A model generated the notes under the pieces. That model ran no database searches, was not told where the DNA came from, and worked only from the letters and a program-made list of their open reading frames with translations. Shown piece by piece: positions 1 through 9,891 of a stretch of 58,015 bases of DNA. The position numbers were made by a program, and so were the translations under genes. The stretch's first letter is position 1, and each line of letters begins with the position of its first letter. This stretch comes from a virus (lineage: Duplodnaviria > Caudoviricetes), in the IMG/VR virus record IMGVR_UViG_3300032241_001687, positions 1 through 58,015 of that record, one strand, 5' to 3'.

Positions 1-239
1 GTAACAGTTCCTGTAGTTAAATTTTGCCAACTTAACGTACCAGAACCATTACTTACTAATGCTTGTGTTCCTGTACTATCTGTTGAGGGAAGAGTCCATA
101 TTACATTTGATGTAGGTGAACCTGCTTTAAAAGCAGTATAAAAAGTATTTCCTGAATTATAAAATTGTAAATTACTTGCGCCTTGAATCGATAAGGTTTG
201 TGTGATTAAACCGTTTTTTGTTTTAAATTCATTTGTCAT
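1..239 (-). CDS. Tail-fibre/virion structural protein, N-terminal part only (runs off the window)
   Basis: Not in the ORF track. ATG at 239 reads MTNEFKTKNGLITQTLSIQGASNLQFYNSGNTFYTAFKAGSPTSNVIWTLPSTDSTGTQALVSNGSGTLSW, open to base 1. The TLP...G.L.SNG.G.LSW motif is typical of T4-like fibres; the N-terminus resembles FKIKDGL of the upstream gene. Confidence 0.75.
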   Translation of the reverse strand, partial: MTNEFKTKNGLITQTLSIQGASNLQFYNSGNTFYTAFKAGSPTSNVIWTLPSTDSTGTQALVSNGSGTLSWQNLTTGTV

Positions 240-263
240 TTCGTTTCCCTATCCACGAAATGA
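236..263 (-). promoter_or_regulatory. 9-bp hairpin burying the start codon, purine-rich SD-like loop
   Basis: Minus strand reads TCATTTCGT-GGATAGGGAA-ACGAAATGA, a perfect inverted repeat (236-244/255-263) that includes the ATG at 237-239. Confidence 0.55.
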
Positions 264-282
264 AGATTATTAAATCTTCATA

Positions 283-2337
283 TTAAACAACTATTAATGT
301 TCTAGTAATATTTATAGTTGCCGAAGTTGCAGTTCCCATTGTTACAGTTAATACAGCATTTGCACCAGATATACTACTTGTAAATGTAGCTAAACTTCCA
401 TTTGTTTCTAACACAGCATATTCAGTCATATATGTAGATGTTCCATCTTGTGTCATCATAATTTCACTTACTTGATAATTTGTTCCTTGAGTAATTTGAA
501 TAACATATTTTGCTGAACGGTAAGTTGCTTTTGCCCAAGAATCTACAGTTGTTGCAGAAGTAGTAGTAACAGTAGTTTGTATTACATTTTCACTTGCAAT
601 TGTAGTTGCACTTGTTTTATAATCAATTGAACTATTGAATGATTTATTTGTAAGTGTATCTGTTGTATTTCTTCCTACTAATGTATCAGTAGATGTAGGT
701 AAAGTTAAAGTACCTGTATTAACAATACTAGAAATTACAGGTGATGTTAAAGTTTTATTTGCAAGTGTTTCATTTCCACTTAAGGTAGATAAAGTTCCTG
801 TTGTAGGTAATGTAACATTTGTTGTATTAGTAGTAGTTAATGTTAATGCGTAATTACCATTTGTACTAAAAGAATTTGCAGTGCTAATATTACCACCTAA
901 AGTGATTGTATTAGAACCATTATTAACACCTGTTCCTCCATATGTAGAACCAATTATGTTTGCGTTCCAAGTACCACCAGTTAATGTTCCAACTGAAGTT
1001 AAAGAAGAATTTATTACACCTGAACCTAAAGTATTATAAGATAATACACTATTGTTATTAATATAAAAAGATTTTCCAGTTGCTAAATTAACATGTTCTG
1101 AAAAATTCCAAGCATTATTAGAAGTATTCCATAAAATAGTTTTATTTGTTGTTCCATCTAATTGAATTCCACCACCATCTGCAGTTACATCACTTGGAGT
1201 TGTCGAATAACCTAATATAATAACTTTATCTACAGTTTGTACTGTAGTTGATTCAATTGTAGTTGTTGTACCTTTTACATCCAAATTACCTAAAATATAT
1301 GTTGTTCCACCACTTTTACCAATGTTTAATGTAGTTGCTGCACCTCCAAAATTAATTGTAGTTGCATTGGTATTTAATAAATCAAATGATGAACCTGAAG
1401 TAGTTATAGAAGTTGAAATATTTGGACTAGTATCTAATACTACTTTACCAGATCCAGTTGTATCTGTAATTGATGTTCCATTAATTTTAAATACATTTCC
1501 TGTACCAGCTGTATCAAAAGTTTTATTTGTAAATATATCTGTTGTTGCTTTACCAACTAATGTATCGTTTGAACTTGCAGGTAAAGTTAATGTATTGCTT
1601 CCTGCAGAAGATGATGCTTGTAATATTGTTGTACCTGATACACTACCATTTAAATAAACTCCACTATTAACTGTAGGTGAACTTATTGTAGGTGAAGTAT
1701 CTAATACAACTTTATTTGATCCCGTTTTATCACTTATAGTTGTTCCATTAATTTTTAATATGTTACCTGTTGCAGCAGTATCAAATGTTTTATTTGTAAA
1801 TGTGTCAGTTGTTGCACGACCTACTAAAGTATCAGTAGATGTAGGTAGAGTTAATGTTCCCGTATTTACAATTGTAGAAATAACAGGACTTGTTAAAGTT
1901 TTATTTGTTAAAGTATCTGTAGTTGCTTTACCTACTAGTGTATCTGTTGTTGCAGGTAAAGTTAAAGTTCCTGAAGCAGTTGTATATGCTTGAAGTGTTG
2001 TAGTACCTGAAGAAGAACCTGATAATAAAATACTAGTAGTAAAAGTAGGACTAGTACCAAATACTAATTGACCTGTTCCTGTAGCATCTGTAACTGCATT
2101 TAATAAATTTGCTGAAGTAGGAGTTGTTAAAAATGTTGCAACACCTGTACCTAATCCAGTAATACCTGATGTGGGTACAGTAATATTAATATTTGCACTA
2201 CCATCAAAACCTACGCCATTAATTGTTCTGGAGTATTGTAGTGTTGTAGCTGTTGGTGCGTTTACTTGTAAAACACCTGAGTTATTGAATACATCTACGG
2301 TTCCTATACGGAGTCCGTCTTTTATTTTAAATGCCAT
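283..2337 (-). CDS. Repeat-rich tail-fibre-like virion protein (684 aa)
   Basis: Thr/Ser/Gly-rich, with repeated TLTLPxxTDTLVGxATTDTxTNKT units and a C-terminal YRSAKYVIQ domain of the kind seen in T4-like marine phage fibres. Confidence 0.75.
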   Translation of the reverse strand: MAFKIKDGLRIGTVDVFNNSGVLQVNAPTATTLQYSRTINGVGFDGSANINITVPTSGITGLGTGVATFLTTPTSANLLNAVTDATGTGQLVFGTSPTFTTSILLSGSSSGTTTLQAYTTASGTLTLPATTDTLVGKATTDTLTNKTLTSPVISTIVNTGTLTLPTSTDTLVGRATTDTFTNKTFDTAATGNILKINGTTISDKTGSNKVVLDTSPTISSPTVNSGVYLNGSVSGTTILQASSSAGSNTLTLPASSNDTLVGKATTDIFTNKTFDTAGTGNVFKINGTSITDTTGSGKVVLDTSPNISTSITTSGSSFDLLNTNATTINFGGAATTLNIGKSGGTTYILGNLDVKGTTTTIESTTVQTVDKVIILGYSTTPSDVTADGGGIQLDGTTNKTILWNTSNNAWNFSEHVNLATGKSFYINNNSVLSYNTLGSGVINSSLTSVGTLTGGTWNANIIGSTYGGTGVNNGSNTITLGGNISTANSFSTNGNYALTLTTTNTTNVTLPTTGTLSTLSGNETLANKTLTSPVISSIVNTGTLTLPTSTDTLVGRNTTDTLTNKSFNSSIDYKTSATTIASENVIQTTVTTTSATTVDSWAKATYRSAKYVIQITQGTNYQVSEIMMTQDGTSTYMTEYAVLETNGSLATFTSSISGANAVLTVTMGTATSATINITRTLIVV
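309..316 (-). promoter_or_regulatory. T4-type late promoter TATAAATA
   Basis: Exact match, 70 nt upstream of the ATG at 239. Confidence 0.55.
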
Positions 2338-2360
2338 TTAAATCCCTCTATGAACTGTAA

Positions 2361-2368
2361 TATTTATA
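2361..2368 (-). promoter_or_regulatory. T4-type late promoter TATAAATA
   Basis: Exact match in the intergenic gap upstream of 2337, followed by a GAGGG SD. Confidence 0.75.
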
Positions 2369-3532
2369 TCAAATTAATCGTCTAAAATTAAATACATAGT
2401 TTGATGAAGATGCGTTATTTACGTTAGAATATATTTGTAATTTTAAATTTGTTCCTTGTATTGTAGGTGACCTAAACGTTCTTAAATATAAATTACCATC
2501 ATTTTGAGCACCTGCCCTATGTAATTGAATTTCGTCAGTAGGAAGTACTTGTGATGAACTTGTTGTACTTGAATACCAACTCATTATACCTGAATAATAC
2601 TCATTTAAGTTTGTTCCTCCTGAAGCATAATCGTTTGCAAATAATTGTATAACATAAGTTCCAGTTGCTAAATTATTACTTTGAATTCCTGTGTCTTGCC
2701 AATTAGTAGTTAAAGTTAATGTTTTAGTTATAGTAGTAACTAAATCTTGTGCAGCTGCAAGAGGTACATTTGTTAAATCATTATAACTACCAGAAAAGGC
2801 AACAGGTGCTAAACTAGATGTATTTGCTTTTTGAGATAAACTTGTAAATATATTTCCTATAGATGTTTCATCACCCGTTATTGCATCTGCTAATTCTTTT
2901 AAAGTATTTAAAGTATTAGGAGCACCACCTATTAAATTATTAATTGATGTATCTACATAACTAATAGTTGCATAATTGCCAGATGCAATATTGTCTGCAG
3001 CTATCCATTTTTTTAATGCACCATCAAATTTTAATATTTGATTATTACTAGCATTTTTTATTGAAGATAAATCTGTATCACCTAAATCATACAGCCAGTA
3101 TGAACCAGAACCAGTTCCTCCTCTACCTACATTTGCAAGAGAACCTGTAATTCTTGATACTCTTTTTTGTATATTATCAGATAATTCATTTAAGTTTTGA
3201 ATTAAAGGTTCTATGTTTGGAGTTTCTCCGGGATCTCCTTTATCACCCTTATCCCCTCTATCTCCTTTATCACCTTTATCTCCCTTATCACCTTTAATAG
3301 AATTTTCTTCTAAAAAATTAATTTTTGCTTTAACTAATTTAATTTCATCTTTTGATTTTTCAGTAAGAGAAAGAAATAGTTCCTTATTTTCTTGTTCTAA
3401 TAGAACAGTATCTTTAACGTTATTTTTTACTATGTTTAATTGATTTTTTAATACTTTTATTTCGTCTTTTGTTTTTTCAGTTAAAGATAATAAAAGTTTT
3501 TTTTCAACAAGTAATTTAGACTTGTCTTTCAT
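2369..3532 (-). CDS. Collagen-repeat fibre-like protein (387 aa)
   Basis: Lys/Glu coiled-coil N-terminus with a duplicated LxLSLTEKxKDEIK unit, a (G-D-K/R) collagen run, a GAPxTLxTLKELADAI fibre motif and a LAPVAFSGSYNDL motif. Confidence 0.7.
   Translation of the reverse strand: MKDKSKLLVEKKLLLSLTEKTKDEIKVLKNQLNIVKNNVKDTVLLEQENKELFLSLTEKSKDEIKLVKAKINFLEENSIKGDKGDKGDKGDRGDKGDKGDPGETPNIEPLIQNLNELSDNIQKRVSRITGSLANVGRGGTGSGSYWLYDLGDTDLSSIKNASNNQILKFDGALKKWIAADNIASGNYATISYVDTSINNLIGGAPNTLNTLKELADAITGDETSIGNIFTSLSQKANTSSLAPVAFSGSYNDLTNVPLAAAQDLVTTITKTLTLTTNWQDTGIQSNNLATGTYVIQLFANDYASGGTNLNEYYSGIMSWYSSTTSSSQVLPTDEIQLHRAGAQNDGNLYLRTFRSPTIQGTNLKLQIYSNVNNASSSNYVFNFRRLI
3226..3294 (-). repeat. Collagen-like Gly-X-Y tandem repeat
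   Basis: GDKGDKGDKGDRGDKGDKGDPGE, with 9-bp periodicity. Confidence 0.85.
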
Positions 3533-3538
3533 AAATCA

Positions 3539-5119
3539 TTACCATTTTCCATCAATAATTTCTTTTGTAGTATTAATCAATTCTTCACTCTTAGTCAAAT
3601 TAGCACTTACTGCTGCATCTATTTTTTCATCTGCTTCAGGTCCAAATTTAGCATCATGTTCTTTATCAGAACCTTCTTTTTTAATTTGTGTATTAAGTTC
3701 ATCAATTTCTGCTTGTGATTGTTGAAGAATAGATTTTCTAACATATTCATGTGAAAAATATCTACCTACAAATTTTTCCATTATATCTGCTAAACCAATA
3801 CGTTCTTTTAACATTTCACTATTTTTTAACTCAGCAAAATGTCCATCTTGTAAAAAGTCATATTGTAATTTAGATCCTATTAATGCCCAATCTTCTTCTG
3901 CAATAACACCTTTAAGGATTAATTGAGTTTTTAAAATGTCATTAAACATTTCAGTAAATTTTTTTCTAAGTCTTTGAACAAATTTAGTAAATTTTAATTC
4001 GTCTCTTGTAATTTCAGTTGAACGTCCCATATTAAAACCACTATTTGATTCTAATCTACTTACAGGAACATTTAATGATCTATAAAGTTTCTTTTGAAAA
4101 TATTCTATGTCTGCAATTTGGTCTAAATTTCCACCACCAGGTAAAGTAGTAATATCAGTTCCTCGACCACCTTCTCTCGTAGGTAACCAATAATCTTCTA
4201 ACATATTCATATAATTTCTGTCATCTCGAATTTCACCTGTACTAGCATCATACACAAGTTTATTTCGATAACGAGCCATAACATCTCTCAAATATTGTTC
4301 TGCTTTTTGTTTAGGTAAATTTCCTACGTCAATTTTAAATATTCTTCTTTCAGGTGCTCGTGCAATACGATAAATTACAACTGCATCTTCAATCATTCTT
4401 AATTGATTAACAGGTTTAATTGCTTTATGTAAATATGATAACATCATATTTTTATTTTGATCTACTAATCCTGAAGAACAAAATGTAATTGTATCAGCAG
4501 CAATTCTTATTCCAGAACCTGAGGTCGATCCTGCAACTCCTTTTTCATTAAACATGTAATATTCTTCATATTCACTTATAATTGCTAAATCTACATTGTT
4601 TCTACTTTTTTTAACTTCTCTAACTTTTTTAATTTTTCTAGGATCAATGTATCTTAATTCTGTAATACCTTCTTTTGGATTTTCTCTATTAATTACTTTT
4701 TGATAATATATTCTTCCATCAACATACCATCTTTTAAAAATTTCAAAACCTTTTGTACTGAAATTTAATAAATGTAATATGGTTTTAAATTCTTCGTCTA
4801 TTTTCTTTTTAACAGGATCTTTAAAAGGAATGGTATCACATAATATTCTTACCGCATCTTTTTCTTCATTAGATACAATTGCTTCGTTGCAAATATCTTC
4901 TATTGCTTGATCACATTCGGGATGTAATGAAATTTCTCTATATCGTCTTATAAGGTCTGCTTCATTTTTTGCTGTACCTTCTAAGTCTAAGTATTGTCCA
5001 AAAAAACCTCCAGAAGCAACGACCGTAGTGCCGTCATCTGCTTGTGGAGTAGTAAAAAATTGTTTTGGATCTTCTGGTTTCTTTTTTCTCGTAATCGAGA
5101 ATCCGAATAAATCAGCCAT
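3539..5119 (-). CDS. gp20: Portal vertex protein (T4 gp20)
   Basis: Motifs SYLHKAIKPVNQLRMIEDAVVIYRIARAPERRIFKIDVGNLPK and EDYWLPTREGGRGTDITTLPG; lies next to gp19. Confidence 0.97.
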   Translation of the reverse strand: MADLFGFSITRKKKPEDPKQFFTTPQADDGTTVVASGGFFGQYLDLEGTAKNEADLIRRYREISLHPECDQAIEDICNEAIVSNEEKDAVRILCDTIPFKDPVKKKIDEEFKTILHLLNFSTKGFEIFKRWYVDGRIYYQKVINRENPKEGITELRYIDPRKIKKVREVKKSRNNVDLAIISEYEEYYMFNEKGVAGSTSGSGIRIAADTITFCSSGLVDQNKNMMLSYLHKAIKPVNQLRMIEDAVVIYRIARAPERRIFKIDVGNLPKQKAEQYLRDVMARYRNKLVYDASTGEIRDDRNYMNMLEDYWLPTREGGRGTDITTLPGGGNLDQIADIEYFQKKLYRSLNVPVSRLESNSGFNMGRSTEITRDELKFTKFVQRLRKKFTEMFNDILKTQLILKGVIAEEDWALIGSKLQYDFLQDGHFAELKNSEMLKERIGLADIMEKFVGRYFSHEYVRKSILQQSQAEIDELNTQIKKEGSDKEHDAKFGPEADEKIDAAVSANLTKSEELINTTKEIIDGKW

Positions 5120-5140
5120 TATGTATTCCTTATCATAGTA

Positions 5141-5147
5141 TATTTAG
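5141..5147 (-). promoter_or_regulatory. Variant late promoter CTAAATA
   Basis: Lies between the gp19 terminator and the portal start codon. Confidence 0.45.
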
Positions 5148-5153
5148 TAATCT

Positions 5154-5184
5154 AAAAGGAGCCGTTTTTAATGCGGCCCCTTTT
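5154..5184 (-). terminator. Rho-independent terminator after gp19
   Basis: Minus strand AAAAGGGGCCG-CATTAAAAA-CGGCTCCTTTT: GC-rich stem with one G-U pair, then a U-tract. Confidence 0.75.
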
Positions 5185-5193
5185 AATTAACTA

Positions 5194-5721
5194 CTAAGTT
5201 GTAGTTGAAGTTTCAAAATATTGATATGCAAAAGTAACAACAAATTGTTCAATTTGAGTTTGTTCGTCATAATTCAATTCAATCGCAGCGATGTCTTTTG
5301 GAAAAGCACCTCTAAGAGTGTATGATTTAATTGTATTACCATTTCTATCTAAATGGTCAACAAACGCATCTACTTGATAATCCGCAGGATTTGTTAATCC
5401 TTCGTTATCTGTCATATTGTTGATACCGTTTTGCCATCTTTCAAAAGCATTTCTTAATAAGAAATCTGAATCGTTGTAAACAGTAACGTTCCAATCTGCA
5501 AATGATCTATCACCTGCAATCTTAATTGATCTACCTCTGAATTTAACATCAACTTCACCCAATGTCATAGCGGGAATTGCTGAAGCTCTACATAAAAATG
5601 CAAGAGTTTCGATTTCTCCACCAACTTGAGCATATCCAGGGAAAGGCATAGTTACCTTAAACTGGTTAGCACGAGCGCCACCGCCGGATAGTTTAGATTT
5701 GAAGTCATTTATATTAGCCAT
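5194..5721 (-). CDS. gp19: Tail tube protein (T4 gp19)
   Basis: Motifs GGGARANQF and KFRGRSIKIAGDRSFADWNVTVYND; lies downstream of the sheath gene. Confidence 0.95.
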   Translation of the reverse strand: MANINDFKSKLSGGGARANQFKVTMPFPGYAQVGGEIETLAFLCRASAIPAMTLGEVDVKFRGRSIKIAGDRSFADWNVTVYNDSDFLLRNAFERWQNGINNMTDNEGLTNPADYQVDAFVDHLDRNGNTIKSYTLRGAFPKDIAAIELNYDEQTQIEQFVVTFAYQYFETSTTT

Positions 5722-5743
5722 TGTTTTGTTCTCCTATTCTAAA

Positions 5744-7672
5744 TTAACCACCAGCCACTTCCGAGAAGGAAACGCCAGTTCGGGTTGCTATAAATGATAA
5801 TGTGATAAAGTTGATACTTCTAGCAGGTTTAATATATATTTCTGCTACAAATTCATTTCTATCAATTACATCGCCTGTATTATTAGTTGCGTCACAAACT
5901 ACTAAGAAGTCTGTTATACCACGTCTTCCTTGTACCTCTCGTAAGAATGGTTCAACGATGTTTCTAAAGTTTGCTCTAGTAAACTCATCGTTAAATTCAA
6001 ACAATTGGAATTTAGAAGCAGTAGATATTGCTTTTTCTAAAACAATAAACAATCTTCTTACGTTGATTCTATCAAACGCAGATGGAGAACTCAATCCTGT
6101 TTTATCTCCAAACAAAACAGTTCCTTGTCCAGGAAAAGTTACTACTGGATTGATTCTGTTTCTGTATAGATCGTCTCTTTGAGTTTTATTAGGATTATAT
6201 GCAAGTTTAACTGCACCTCTAATAACACCTCTATTAAGACCAGCAGGTGAATACCACGCATCAGCAACTAAATCTGTTCTTGCTGCTAATCCTGCGATAT
6301 CTCCATTCAATGGTACATATCTATATACGTCATTATATCTATCGTATTGATACTTGTAACCACTATCAATTACAACATAAGACGATGATCTAATCGAACT
6401 TGCAGTATTGATAATGTTTGATGTTTGTGTTTCAGAATTTGTAATATTAACAACGTCTGATCTATAAGGTGATACAAATGCAACGGTATCAGCTCTGTTT
6501 TCAGCAATTGTTATAGTACTATCAATTGATACATTAGAAGAAGGTCCTCCAATTAATAATCCTATATCCACTGTTTCTGAATCTAAGAATTTTTGTAGAC
6601 CTGTTACTCTTTGAGCATCAGTTGCATTAGAACCATCATTACCATTTGATAACAAAGTAGTTACTGGTGCAGTTATTGATGTAAATGTTGTTCCAGCAGC
6701 AGTATTACCCCAATTTGATCCACCAGCAGTATGATCCATCCAATAAATGTAATTTGATTTATTAAATATTACTGTTGGATAATAGTTTGTATCTCCTTGT
6801 GGTGATTTAGCATCAGAAGCTAATGATACACGAGAATAAGTTTCTAAAACTGTATTTGCTGTTCCAGAAATTGATCCTGTTGCATCATAAACTACTACAT
6901 GTATTTCGTCATTTGATCCACTTAAATTAGAAACAAATGGTGAAGTTCCAGGAGCACCGTTTACGAAATCGAAAAATGCCCATCTTCTTCTAACTGTACT
7001 TCCAGTTAAAACTGCTCTTTGTAAACCACCATTACCTGATGGATATCTTACAAATGTAATTGTATTTGTTGATACGTTAGTTACTTTATATTGATACCCG
7101 TCATTAAAATCAGTTCCAGAAGCAGTTGTCGAAAATGCTATAATGTCTCCTACTTTAACATTTGCAGCACTAGTAAGAGTGATAGTTGTATCACCTACAG
7201 CAGGGGTTGCTGTTGCTACAGTTGTTACGTTTGTATTTTCATATGCAGTTGCAGAAGGACAAATTGAAACACCAATATTGTTACCCCATGCACCAGCAGT
7301 ATTTGCTGCCCATTCTCCGACAGATCCCTGTCCAGCAGCATAATTGTTTGTATAATCTACATCATTTTTTATAACAATAGCTGATCCTGAAGCTACTGCG
7401 TTTAAAATACCAGTATTTTGTGTTCGTACTACTCTTAGTGAATTAGAATATTGTAAAAAGTTTGCTGCGCTAAAAAAATACTCAAAATTATTTGAGTCTG
7501 GTTTTCCAAAAGTTTCAACTAACTCTTGTTCGCTAGATACTGTTACAACTTCATCTAAAGGTCCTTGTCTAAAATCACCCACGATTGCACCCACCGAAGT
7601 AGATACTGCTGGTATAATTCTAGTTAAGTCTTTTTCTTGTACGAGAACACCTGGTGATACTTGAAATGCCAT
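5744..7672 (-). CDS. gp18: Tail sheath protein (T4 gp18)
   Basis: SPGVLVQEKDLT N-terminus, plus WYSPAGLNRG and SAFDRINVRRLF motifs. Confidence 0.97.
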   Translation of the reverse strand: MAFQVSPGVLVQEKDLTRIIPAVSTSVGAIVGDFRQGPLDEVVTVSSEQELVETFGKPDSNNFEYFFSAANFLQYSNSLRVVRTQNTGILNAVASGSAIVIKNDVDYTNNYAAGQGSVGEWAANTAGAWGNNIGVSICPSATAYENTNVTTVATATPAVGDTTITLTSAANVKVGDIIAFSTTASGTDFNDGYQYKVTNVSTNTITFVRYPSGNGGLQRAVLTGSTVRRRWAFFDFVNGAPGTSPFVSNLSGSNDEIHVVVYDATGSISGTANTVLETYSRVSLASDAKSPQGDTNYYPTVIFNKSNYIYWMDHTAGGSNWGNTAAGTTFTSITAPVTTLLSNGNDGSNATDAQRVTGLQKFLDSETVDIGLLIGGPSSNVSIDSTITIAENRADTVAFVSPYRSDVVNITNSETQTSNIINTASSIRSSSYVVIDSGYKYQYDRYNDVYRYVPLNGDIAGLAARTDLVADAWYSPAGLNRGVIRGAVKLAYNPNKTQRDDLYRNRINPVVTFPGQGTVLFGDKTGLSSPSAFDRINVRRLFIVLEKAISTASKFQLFEFNDEFTRANFRNIVEPFLREVQGRRGITDFLVVCDATNNTGDVIDRNEFVAEIYIKPARSINFITLSFIATRTGVSFSEVAGG

Positions 7673-7764
7673 TCGGTTTATCTCCTATTAAAAATTAACT
7701 CTATATACATATATTTCAACACTCGTATTATTAATACGCCCATAGTCAAAACTTCAACTATACC

Positions 7765-7772
7765 TATTTATA
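7765..7772 (-). promoter_or_regulatory. T4-type late promoter TATAAATA for gp18-gp19
   Basis: Exact match in the gp17-gp18 intergenic region. Confidence 0.8.
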
Positions 7773-7795
7773 AAATGATAAATTTTGACGTTTTT

Positions 7796-9442
7796 TTAAT
7801 AGTTTTCGCCCCCCTCACCTCTATGTACTACAGGATTCCAAACCTCTCCATATTCATCTTTAAACGGTTGATCTTCTTCTTTTGTAATACCATCATCTAT
7901 AAAACCAAAAGGTGCCATATCTTGTTCTATTATTTTAGATTGATCTTCGTATAATTTTGAACGTACATCTGAATTACTTAATTCTTTAAAATATGGTTGA
8001 TTTGATAACCATCCAAATAAAATAAGACAAGTCATTAAATCATCATTACAACCTTCTTCTGCTTTCCATGAATTATGTCTTCTTGCAAACGTTGACATTT
8101 CTTCAATAATATTAAAATCATTTATCATTAGTTTATCAGTTTCTATAATTGTCTTTAAATTTGAACAACCTATTTTTTTAATTTGTTTAGTCATACGAAT
8201 TCCTAATTGACTACCACGACCACTAAATCCAGTTCCTAATACTTGACCAGCACGACCTCTTTGTGTAGTCATTAATAAATTATCATATTCTAAATCAAAT
8301 TGTAATGCATCAGATATTTGTCCTCCTAAATCATTTACTTCTACAAGTGTATGAGCACGATTATATCCTTTAATAGTTTGTTCTATAATATTTGGAAATA
8401 CCAAAGGTTTAACTTCATTATTTCTATACTTTGCAACCACTCTATATGGCATTTTGGTTACATCAAATATAATAAATGCAGAATAATCTTTTGTAATTCC
8501 TCTTGCAACGTCAACTGTACAAACATAAATTTTTTCTTTATCAGGTCTTTCAAATATATCTAATCCGCCTTGTGATTGTATAGGTTTTAAATAAGGTATA
8601 ACTTTTATTTTACTTGAAGAAATTAAAGTGTCTATAGATCCTAAAAATTCACACTCAAACTCTTGTTGAAACTGTTCTGGACTTGTATTTCGTATTGTAT
8701 CTTCTTTCCATTTTTCATCACGACCTGGTACTTCTGACCAGTGAACTTCTATAGGTACATAATCATTTTGTTTATTAATTGCATCAGTCCATAGTTTATA
8801 ATACATATTCATACCATGAGGTGTAGATACAATAATCATTTTTGTATTTTTACCTGATGAAATTGTAGGAAACACTGAACTAAAAAATTGTTCTGCAATT
8901 GTAGCAGGTACGAAAGCAAACTCGTCTAAGAATATAATGTTATAAGAACCTCCTCGAATTGCAGAAGAAGATGTTGCCGCTGCTACTATTTTACTACCAT
9001 TTTCTAATTCAATACTACCTTTATTCCAATTTAATACGCCTTGTTGTAAAAACTTTGGTATATTTTCATATGCAAGTTGTAAACGACCTAATATATCTCT
9101 TGCAGTAGATGACTTGTTTGCAAGTATGGCAACATTACTATTTGGATTAAAAATAACATAATGTAAAAGATAAGATACAATAGTGGTTGATTTTCCTGAT
9201 TGTCTAGGTAACTTACAAATTGTAAAACGATTACTATGCATGGTACCTACCATATCTTTTTGAAAATCATACATTTTAAAAGGTACTAACCCTTCATCTA
9301 AAGAAACAATTTTTACATAATTTTGAATAAAATGTAAAGGATCATTTGAACATTTATCAAATTCTTGTATTTGTTCTTGTGTAAATTCTACTGAAACGTT
9401 TGCTTTTTTAAGATTAGGATTGCCAAGATATACTTCGTTCAT
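7796..9442 (-). CDS. gp17: Terminase large subunit (T4 gp17)
   Basis: YLGNPNLK N-terminus, Walker A LPRQSGKST, Walker B IIFLDEFAF, and nuclease motif DDLM. Confidence 0.97.
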   Translation of the reverse strand: MNEVYLGNPNLKKANVSVEFTQEQIQEFDKCSNDPLHFIQNYVKIVSLDEGLVPFKMYDFQKDMVGTMHSNRFTICKLPRQSGKSTTIVSYLLHYVIFNPNSNVAILANKSSTARDILGRLQLAYENIPKFLQQGVLNWNKGSIELENGSKIVAAATSSSAIRGGSYNIIFLDEFAFVPATIAEQFFSSVFPTISSGKNTKMIIVSTPHGMNMYYKLWTDAINKQNDYVPIEVHWSEVPGRDEKWKEDTIRNTSPEQFQQEFECEFLGSIDTLISSSKIKVIPYLKPIQSQGGLDIFERPDKEKIYVCTVDVARGITKDYSAFIIFDVTKMPYRVVAKYRNNEVKPLVFPNIIEQTIKGYNRAHTLVEVNDLGGQISDALQFDLEYDNLLMTTQRGRAGQVLGTGFSGRGSQLGIRMTKQIKKIGCSNLKTIIETDKLMINDFNIIEEMSTFARRHNSWKAEEGCNDDLMTCLILFGWLSNQPYFKELSNSDVRSKLYEDQSKIIEQDMAPFGFIDDGITKEEDQPFKDEYGEVWNPVVHRGEGGENY

Positions 9443-9445
9443 TTA

Positions 9446-9889
9446 TCATTTGCTTTCATTATCTTCATTTTTGTTTTTTAACATTTTTTGCAATTCAGCC
9501 GTAGAACCTACAAACAGTGCATTTTTAATTTGAGGTGATGCTGATTTGGTTGCTGCTTTTAAATCTTTTAATTTTTTTTGTAAATCTTGAAGTTTATCTA
9601 CAGTTTGTGCAACATTTGCAATTAATGCACCTGCAACTTCATATGCTCTTGGGTGTTGACCTTCTTTTGCAATTTCTAATATACCTTCAATTGCTTCTTG
9701 ACCTTTTTCAATTAAATTATAGTAGTTGTCTCTACTATATTTGTAATCATTATCAATATCTGATTTACTTGTATCTTGTACTCTAGGTACAGATGGATTA
9801 GAAATTTTAATTACAGATTCTAATGTAGGTTTTTCATCTTTAGGTGTAATACCTAAAATATCATTTACTTTATCTTCTAATTTTGTCAT
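9446..9889 (-). CDS. gp16: Terminase small subunit (T4 gp16)
   Basis: Motifs DYKYSRDNYY, HPRAYEV and NALFVGSTAELQKML; directly upstream of gp17. Confidence 0.92.
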   Translation of the reverse strand: MTKLEDKVNDILGITPKDEKPTLESVIKISNPSVPRVQDTSKSDIDNDYKYSRDNYYNLIEKGQEAIEGILEIAKEGQHPRAYEVAGALIANVAQTVDKLQDLQKKLKDLKAATKSASPQIKNALFVGSTAELQKMLKNKNEDNESK

Positions 9890-9891
9890 AA

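Noticed and set aside
635-1993. Plus-strand Val-rich ORFs (635-853, 1322-1657, 1760-1993)
   Set aside because: These are antisense shadows of Thr-rich ACN codons in the fibre gene, with no RBS or independent signal.
3213-3443. Plus-strand SPL-repeat ORF
   Set aside because: It is the reverse complement of the GDK collagen repeat.
7796-9442. Intein, intron or homing endonuclease in the terminase or other core genes
   Set aside because: Gene lengths are normal and uninterrupted, and no endonuclease motifs were seen.
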